From an uncultured Planctomycetia bacterium (GTDB lineage Bacteria > Omnitrophota > Gorgyraeia > 1-14-0-20-64-10), in NCBI GenBank assembly GCA_964597545.1, contig CAZQXN010000010.1:140-64139 (forward strand): a stretch of DNA of 64,000 nucleotides, in the 5' to 3' direction. The notes under the pieces are model-generated. The model was not told the origin of the DNA, made no database searches, and saw only the letters and a list, made by a program, of their open reading frames with translations. Made by a program: the position numbers and the translations under genes. Position 1 is the first letter of the stretch; every line of letters starts with the position of its first letter. Positions 58,390-64,000 of this stretch are shown here, one piece after another.

Positions 58390-59048
58390 CGGATCAGCGC
58401 CTCGCGCTCCAGCAACTGGAGAAGATTGCTGTACTGAGCATCTATCTCCAGCTCCCCAGGCACCTTGCGCAGCTTTCCCTGCATCTCGTAATATCGCACC
58501 AAGGGTGCTGTTTCCGCCTGATAAACGCCCATCCGCTTTCGGATCGTTTCAGGAACATCGTCCGCTCGCCTCGCGAGCGGCTTGTTACACCGATCACACG
58601 CCCCTGGCGCCTTGGGAGGTGCGGTCTCTACATGGTAGTTGGCACCGCACTGACTGCAGACCCTTCGCCCGCTTAAGCGCTTGATCACCGCCTCAGCAGA
58701 CATTGCAAAATCAACCACCAGGTCCACCGGTACCTGCCCCAGCTTGTTGAGGGCATGATCCAAGGTCTTCGCCTGGGCCACATTCCTGGGAAAACCATCC
58801 AGGACAAAAGCTTCATCCTCGCCCATGGTTTCCAAGCGCTGCAGTATCAGATCTGTTACCAGCTCATCCGGAACCAAAGCACCCTGCTGCACGTAATCGG
58901 CCACCTTGGAACCTAGATCATCTTTTCGGCGTATGGCCTCGCGCAGCAGCTGCCCGCTGGAGAGGGCCTTAACCCTCAACCGCTCTTCCAGGAGGGCTGC
59001 CTGCGTTCCTTTGCCGGCCCCCGGGGGACCGCTGAAAATCAGGCGCAT
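58386..59048 (-). CDS. adk: adenylate kinase
   Basis: MRLIFSGPPGAGKGTQA P-loop; CxxC...CxxC lid zinc motif. Confidence 0.95.
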   Translation of the reverse strand: MRLIFSGPPGAGKGTQAALLEERLRVKALSSGQLLREAIRRKDDLGSKVADYVQQGALVPDELVTDLILQRLETMGEDEAFVLDGFPRNVAQAKTLDHALNKLGQVPVDLVVDFAMSAEAVIKRLSGRRVCSQCGANYHVETAPPKAPGACDRCNKPLARRADDVPETIRKRMGVYQAETAPLVRYYEMQGKLRKVPGELEIDAQYSNLLQLLEREALIR

Positions 59049-60397
59049 CAGCGACGGCCGCGAAGCCGTCCCTGAGTTAAGAAGCCCTCGTAGTTGCGCA
59101 TGAGCAGGAACGATTCCACCTGCCGCATGGTATCCAGCATGACGCCCACGATGATCAAGAGGCTCGTGCCGCCGAAGAAGCTCGCAACCAAAAACGGAAT
59201 TCCGAGGCCTCTCGAGATCAAGCTCGGCAAGACGGCAATCACCGCCAGGAAGATTGCTCCCGGCAATGTGATCCGCGTCAACAATCTGTCAAAGAACTCA
59301 GCCGTAGGCCGCCCAGGCCGAATGCCCGGAATAAAGCCGCCTACCTTCTTCATGTTGTTGGCTACATCCACCGGGTTAAAAGCAATCGCCGTATAAAAAT
59401 AGGCGAAAAAGATAATCAGTCCCGAGTACAGCATGGTGTAGACCAGGTGCCCTTCCGTCAGCCACCGAGAGAGCGTGTGCAGGAATCCAATCCCGGTAAA
59501 ACCTGCCACCGTCCCAGGGAACATGATGATCGACTGGGCAAAGATGATCGGCATGACTCCGGACTGGTTGACCCGCATCGGGATGTAGGTGGCCTGGCCC
59601 CCATAGACCTTGCGACCGACAATCCGACGGGTGTACTGCACAGGGATTCGCCGCTGCCCCTGCGTGATCGCAATGACCGCTACCACCACCGCCACGAACA
59701 TCACCGCCATCAACAGGAGTGTTGCCGGCTCAATCTGTCGTTGGGTCGGCGACCAGGGGGAAGCCAGCATCACCAACTGCTGGGTTGCCGCCGGCAGCGC
59801 CGAGAGGATGCCGGCTGTGATCAATATCGACATGCCGTTACCCACCCCAAAGGCACTGATCTGCTCTCCCAGCCACATGATAAAGGCCGTTCCGCTGGCC
59901 AGGGTAACGATGGTCAACAACCGGAAGCCCCAGCCGGGAAACTGCACCATTTGAACCCCATCGAAATTTCCGGAGTTCTCCAACCACATGCTGATGAAGA
60001 GAGCCTGCAGTACGCCCAAGACCACCGTGAGGTACCGGGTGTACTGGTTGTATTTGCGCCGTCCGGACTCCCCCTCCTCCTTAACCATCTGTTCAAGCTT
60101 TGGGAATACCGGCACCAGCAGCTGCATGATGATCGATGCTGAAATCGCCGGCATGATCCCCAACGCAAAGATGGTCATGTTGGATAACCCGCCACCGGTA
60201 AAGAGGTTCATCACCGTAAAGAGGGAGGCTCCCATCTGCTGCGTCATTCTGTCAAAGAACGCTGAAAGAGACTGAACATCGACTCCCGGAAGGGGGATGA
60301 AGTTTCCTGTCCGGTAGACTGCAATAAGCCCCAACGTCACCAAGATCCGACGCCTCAGCTCCGGAATCTTAAAGCTGTTGGCCAAGGCTCTCAGCAT
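59048..60397 (-). CDS. secY: preprotein translocase subunit SecY
   Basis: 10-TM architecture, conserved N-terminus ELRRRILVTLGLIAVYR. Confidence 0.95.
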   Translation of the reverse strand: MLRALANSFKIPELRRRILVTLGLIAVYRTGNFIPLPGVDVQSLSAFFDRMTQQMGASLFTVMNLFTGGGLSNMTIFALGIMPAISASIIMQLLVPVFPKLEQMVKEEGESGRRKYNQYTRYLTVVLGVLQALFISMWLENSGNFDGVQMVQFPGWGFRLLTIVTLASGTAFIMWLGEQISAFGVGNGMSILITAGILSALPAATQQLVMLASPWSPTQRQIEPATLLLMAVMFVAVVVAVIAITQGQRRIPVQYTRRIVGRKVYGGQATYIPMRVNQSGVMPIIFAQSIIMFPGTVAGFTGIGFLHTLSRWLTEGHLVYTMLYSGLIIFFAYFYTAIAFNPVDVANNMKKVGGFIPGIRPGRPTAEFFDRLLTRITLPGAIFLAVIAVLPSLISRGLGIPFLVASFFGGTSLLIIVGVMLDTMRQVESFLLMRNYEGFLTQGRLRGRR

Positions 60398-60478
60398 AGG
60401 GTCTGGCTCCTTTTCGCACTTGAGACAACAGGCCAGACGAAAAGGTGCCTGACCCTTCTTTGTGCACGAAACGGTCTT

Positions 60479-60505
60479 GTACCAAAGGGTCTGACCCTTT
60501 GGTAC
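60479..60505. repeat. perfect copy of 27-bp palindrome GTACCAAAGGGTCTGACCCTTTGGTAC between rplO and secY
   Basis: Seen directly. Confidence 0.85.
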
Positions 60506-60518
60506 ATGTGGTGCAAAA

Positions 60519-60965
60519 TCACTGGCTCACCAGATCAGTCGCCCCCCCGGCATCAGCGATCTTTTGAACCGCCGACTTTGAAAACCGGTGGGCCTTGACC
60601 GTGAGGGCGCGCTTGAGCGTTCCCTCACCCAGAATTTTGATGATCCGTTTGCGAGTACTCACCAAACCTGCTTCTGCGAGAAGGGCCGTATCCACGACCG
60701 TTCCGGCCGCAAACTGGTTGAGCTGCTCAATGTTGATGATCTCAACCGGTTTGCGGCGGGAGTTTGTAAACCCACGCTTTGGGACGCGGCGAATGAGGGG
60801 CATCTGTCCCCCTTCAAACTCAGGGCGACGACTGTATCCGGAGCGGGACTTTTGCCCCTTGTGTCCACGGCCAGAGGTCTTGCCGTGGCCGGAAGATTCA
60901 CCCAGCCCCAAACGCTTGCGCCGTCGGGTTGCCCCTCGGGGAGCAGCAAGAGCATCAAGTTTCAT
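60519..60965 (-). CDS. rplO: 50S ribosomal protein L15
   Basis: MKLDALAAPRGATRRRKRLGLGESSGHGKTSGRGHKGQKSRSG canonical L15 start at internal Met of track ORF. Confidence 0.9.
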   Translation of the reverse strand: MKLDALAAPRGATRRRKRLGLGESSGHGKTSGRGHKGQKSRSGYSRRPEFEGGQMPLIRRVPKRGFTNSRRKPVEIINIEQLNQFAAGTVVDTALLAEAGLVSTRKRIIKILGEGTLKRALTVKAHRFSKSAVQKIADAGGATDLVSQ

Positions 60966-60966
60966 C

Positions 60967-61713
60967 TTAAGAACCCTTATTCTCTTCACTTGAAGCACGC
61001 CGCAGGGCAATCATCGCCTGGGGATCCTCTAAGTGCTTCAAGCCTTCGATGGTGGCGCGGACAACATTGACCATGTTGTCGGATCCCAAGGACTTGGTCA
61101 GGATGTCTCGAATCCCCGCCGAATCACAGATGGCTCGAACGGTTCCTCCGGCAATGACACCAGTTCCCGGTGCGGCCGGCTTTAGAAGAATGCGAGAAGC
61201 GGAATACTCCCCTATCGTGCCGTGAGGGACGGTGCCCTCCTTCATCGGAACGCGGAACATGGCCTTGCGCGCCTGAGCCAAGCCCTTTCGGATGGCATCG
61301 GCCACCTCATTGGCCTTGCCCAGAGACCATCCCACTTGGCCCTTTCCATCCCCAACGATGACCAGCGCACTGAAGGAAAGGCGCTTGCCCCCCTTGGTGA
61401 CCTTGGCCACGCGATTGATGGAGACCACCTTCTCAATTAATTCCTGCTCCCCTTCCCCCTGACCCTGCCTGCCTTGGCCCTGCCTGCCCGGGCCCTGCCG
61501 AAACCCCTGCCCACCCCCTCCAGGGGGTCGGGAAGAGCGGCCGAAGCCCCCGCGGGATCCCTGACCAGGCCCTGATCGACCCCGGCCCGGACCGCCCGGG
61601 CGTGCACCCTGTCTTGGGCTCGGCTTAGGAGAATCCGGCTTGGGAGACTCCGGCTTGGGAGCATCGGGCTGCTTCTGGGGAGAATCAGTTGTTTTAGGTG
61701 CATCATCCATCAT
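60967..61713 (-). CDS. rpsE: 30S ribosomal protein S5 with ~85-aa Pro/Gly-rich N-terminal extension
   Basis: C-terminal 160 aa canonical S5 ([33 protein letters not shown]...); N-terminal [13 protein letters not shown]...[10 protein letters not shown] low-complexity extension. Confidence 0.9.
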   Translation of the reverse strand: MMDDAPKTTDSPQKQPDAPKPESPKPDSPKPSPRQGARPGGPGRGRSGPGQGSRGGFGRSSRPPGGGGQGFRQGPGRQGQGRQGQGEGEQELIEKVVSINRVAKVTKGGKRLSFSALVIVGDGKGQVGWSLGKANEVADAIRKGLAQARKAMFRVPMKEGTVPHGTIGEYSASRILLKPAAPGTGVIAGGTVRAICDSAGIRDILTKSLGSDNMVNVVRATIEGLKHLEDPQAMIALRRASSEENKGS

Positions 61714-61715
61714 GA

Positions 61716-62081
61716 TTAAAACTCCAATCCCTTGGATCGAACTGAATCGGCCAACGCCTTGACCCGGCCGTGGTAAGGGTAGCCGCCGCGGTCAAAGACC
61801 AACTGCTTGATTCCCTGCTTGAGGGCCTCCTCTGCTACCAGAACACCCAGCTGACGCGCCCCCTCTAAACCGCCCCCCTTGCCGGAACTTTTCCGGAAGG
61901 CCTTCTGTCTCGTGGAGCAGGTTGCCAATGTCTTGCCGCTGATGTCATCCACCAACTGTGCCTCCAAATGCAGGTGGCTGCGGTGGAGGGTCAGCCTCGG
62001 GCGCTCGCCGGATCCTAAGACCTTCTTGCGAACCCTGCGGTGCCGACGCATCCTTTGAAGCTCTTTGAAATCCATTGGCAT
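61716..62081 (-). CDS. rplR: 50S ribosomal protein L18
   Basis: Start set at internal [20 protein letters not shown]; longer ORF overlaps rplF. Confidence 0.9.
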   Translation of the reverse strand: MPMDFKELQRMRRHRRVRKKVLGSGERPRLTLHRSHLHLEAQLVDDISGKTLATCSTRQKAFRKSSGKGGGLEGARQLGVLVAEEALKQGIKQLVFDRGGYPYHGRVKALADSVRSKGLEF

Positions 62082-62617
62082 TAGGCCACCGCCTTTCCGG
62101 CCTTGCGGCGAATAACCTCGTCGGAATAGCGGATCCCCTTGCCCTTGTAAGGCTCGGGGGGCGCAAAGGCACGCAGGCGCGCTGCCACTTGGCCCACGAT
62201 GCACTTGTCCATTCCGCGAATGACCACCTGAGTAGGCTTGGGGGTCTCAGCGATAATGCCGGTCGGCAAGGTGTAAGCCACGGGATGCGAAAAACCCACA
62301 AAGAGCTCAATGGTGCTTCCTGTGACCTGGGCTCGGTAACCAACACCGCTCAACTCCAAACCCTTGGAGAACCCTTCGGTCACTCCTTTGATCATGTTAA
62401 AGACAATGGTCTTGTGCAGCCCATGCAGGCTCTTGATCCGCTTCTGCTCATTGGTGCGGGTGAATCTGAGCTCAGAACCCTCCTGGGCAGCATGAATCTC
62501 AGGAGGCAAGGTATGCTCAAGCGACCCCTTGGGGCCGGTCACCTTCACCTGGCTCCCTTGGATCTCAACCTTCGCCTCCGAAGGCACTGGAATGGGGGCT
62601 TTACCTACGCGCGACAT
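62081..62617 (-). CDS. rplF: 50S ribosomal protein L6
   Basis: MSRVGKAPIPVPSEAKVEIQG canonical L6 start. Confidence 0.95.
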   Translation of the reverse strand: MSRVGKAPIPVPSEAKVEIQGSQVKVTGPKGSLEHTLPPEIHAAQEGSELRFTRTNEQKRIKSLHGLHKTIVFNMIKGVTEGFSKGLELSGVGYRAQVTGSTIELFVGFSHPVAYTLPTGIIAETPKPTQVVIRGMDKCIVGQVAARLRAFAPPEPYKGKGIRYSDEVIRRKAGKAVA

Positions 62618-62623
62618 TTCCGA

Positions 62624-63025
62624 TCACCACACATGACAAATCATTTCGCCACCGACACCCTGTTCGCGAGCCTGAACACCCGTGAAAACACCTGTTGAGG
62701 TGGAAAGGACCGAGATCCCCACCCCTGAAAGCACCTTAGGAATCTTGGTCTTAGGCACATACACCCTGAGGCCCGGCTTCGAAATCCGACGGATGTGCCG
62801 AAGGATAGGCCGGCGCGCTTTGGTGTACTTGAGGTACACGCGAAGGGTCCCCTGAGGATTGCTCTCCTTGAGCAACCGCCAGTTCTGAATGAAACCTTCC
62901 TGCTTCAAACATTCGAGAACCGCCGCACCCAGCTTGCTGGCGCGAACATTCACCTGCGCCTTCCGTGCTTGGCTGGCGTTTCGAATCGCCGTAAGCATAT
63001 CGCCCATAGGATCTGTTAGACTCAT
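62624..63025 (-). CDS. rpsH: 30S ribosomal protein S8
   Basis: Start at internal MSLTDPMGDMLTAIRNA canonical S8 start. Confidence 0.95.
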   Translation of the reverse strand: MSLTDPMGDMLTAIRNASQARKAQVNVRASKLGAAVLECLKQEGFIQNWRLLKESNPQGTLRVYLKYTKARRPILRHIRRISKPGLRVYVPKTKIPKVLSGVGISVLSTSTGVFTGVQAREQGVGGEMICHVW

Positions 63026-63027
63026 CG

Positions 63028-63213
63028 TTACCAGCTCGCTTTTGTTAAGCCGGGGATCTGCCCGCGGTGGGCCAACTCCCTCATGCAAATCCGGCAGATG
63101 CCAAATTTCCGGTAAGTTCCCTTAGAGCGCCCACAGCGACCGCACCGGCTGTAACGCCGCGAGCGGAACTTGGCTCCCTTTGACCACGTCTGTAATTTTC
63201 CCTTCTTTGCCAT
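63028..63213 (-). CDS. rpsN: 30S ribosomal protein S14 type Z (zinc-binding)
   Basis: 61 aa with CGRCGR...CRIC zinc motif. Confidence 0.95.
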   Translation of the reverse strand: MAKKGKLQTWSKGAKFRSRRYSRCGRCGRSKGTYRKFGICRICMRELAHRGQIPGLTKASW

Positions 63214-63233
63214 AATCCTTTTGCTTTCCTTCC

Positions 63234-63803
63234 CTACTCCTTGAAAGGCATGCCCAGCGCCTTCAAGAGCGCATGGGCTTCATCCCGATTGCGAGCCGTG
63301 GTACAGATCACAACATTCATCCCTTGAACGCGAGCCACCTTGTCGTACTCAAGCTCAGGGAAGATCAGCTGCTCGGTCAACCCCATCGCGAAATTGCCCC
63401 CTTCGTCAAAACCCTTCGGGTCCACCCCTCGGAAATCCCGAATGCGGGGCATGGCAATGCTCATCAGCCGATCCAAGAATTCATACATGTTCGCCCGGCG
63501 CAGGGTCACCTTGGCTCCGATCGGCTGGCCCTGCCTGAGCTTAAAGTTGGAGATCGCCTTCTTGGCCCGGGTCAAGACCGGGCGCTGGCCGGCAATCAGG
63601 GCCAATTCCTCAGCCGCCTGCTCCACAACCTTTTTGTCTTCGACTGCCGCGCTCACACCCATGCTCACCACAATCTTGCTCAGCCTCGGCACCTGATAAA
63701 GGTTCTTGTACCCAAACCGCTCCTTGAGGTGCGGAAGGATCTCCTTCCTGTAGCTCTGCAGCAGTCGGGGAGGTACGCGTCCCTGGGAAGCGTCGGTTGC
63801 CAT
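63234..63803 (-). CDS. rplE: 50S ribosomal protein L5
   Basis: [25 protein letters not shown] canonical L5; start at internal Met MATDAS. Confidence 0.93.
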   Translation of the reverse strand: MATDASQGRVPPRLLQSYRKEILPHLKERFGYKNLYQVPRLSKIVVSMGVSAAVEDKKVVEQAAEELALIAGQRPVLTRAKKAISNFKLRQGQPIGAKVTLRRANMYEFLDRLMSIAMPRIRDFRGVDPKGFDEGGNFAMGLTEQLIFPELEYDKVARVQGMNVVICTTARNRDEAHALLKALGMPFKE

Positions 63804-63843
63804 CAGAAGCTCTCCTCGCACCGGCGGCAAATCCGGGTCTTGG

Positions 63844-64000
63844 TTCCGTCACCCAACACCTTAAAACCGACTCGAACCCCCCGGTTGCAGCGGGGGCAAA
63901 TCGGCAGGACGCGGTCCATGGGCAGAGGGCACTCGCGGTCCACAACCGCTCCCTGGGGATTGTTCTGAGAACGCCTGAGGTGCTTCTTAACGAGATTAAG
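63844..64000 (-). CDS. rplX: 50S ribosomal protein L24, 3' portion (gene start beyond window end); C-terminus carries four Cys
   Basis: Manual translation ...LNLVKKHLRRSQNNPQGAVVDRECPLPMDRVLPICPRCNRGVRVGFKVLGDGTKTRICRRCEESF*, KOW/L24 C-terminal pattern. Confidence 0.8.

Noticed and set aside
61716-62204. 162-aa L18 ORF, 505-nt overlap between rplR and rplF ORFs
   Set aside because: The canonical L18 N-terminus ([16 protein letters not shown]) starts at an internal Met at 62081. The upstream extension is out-of-frame readthrough of rplF sequence.

Overview
This is a high-GC (about 60%) bacterial chromosomal segment, and nearly every gene from about 4.6 kb to the window end lies on the minus strand. 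The 3' third (54.1-64.0 kb) is the ribosomal spc/alpha operon. Its gene order runs rplX(partial)-rplE-rpsN(type Z)-rpsH-rplF-rplR-rpsE-rplO-secY-adk-map-infA-rpmJ-rpsM-rpsK-rpsD-rpoA-rplQ. There is no L30 gene, S5 carries a long N-terminal extension and L17 a long C-terminal extension. The middle of the window is mostly housekeeping: accBC, efp, aroQ, aroB, rnc, pfkA, gmhA/rfaE, lipA, dapL, aspC, idh, pcm and thiE, plus a tRNA-Gly(CCC). Envelope genes include two SPOR proteins, LysM-M23, an SH3 protein, two TonB-like proteins and a TonB-dependent receptor with a cobalamin riboswitch leader. A glycolipid GT2/LPLAT/GT28 cluster is also present. Signalling genes include PilZ, GAF-HD-GYP and an XRE-cupin regulator. 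The gene I consider most unusual is a 1406-aa signal-anchored giant protein with internal tandem repeats (41351..45571). A diverged paralog of its N-terminal region is cut by the window start (1..847). Two intergenic repeat families recur across the window: a 27-bp palindrome GTACCAAAGGGTCTGACCCTTTGGTAC at three loci, and GTACCCGGTACC-containing hairpins at two. Other points worth a look are a duplicated tRNA-Gly 3' end (att-like scar), a UvrD-helicase/PD-(D/E)XK nuclease fusion, and a dGTPase-HIT-AAA ATPase array. Three small genes missing from the ORF track (rpsU, rpmJ, Trm112-like) were recovered by eye. No CRISPR array, integrase or transposase was seen. All functional calls rest on my reading of conserved motifs in the translated ORFs, with no database searches run.
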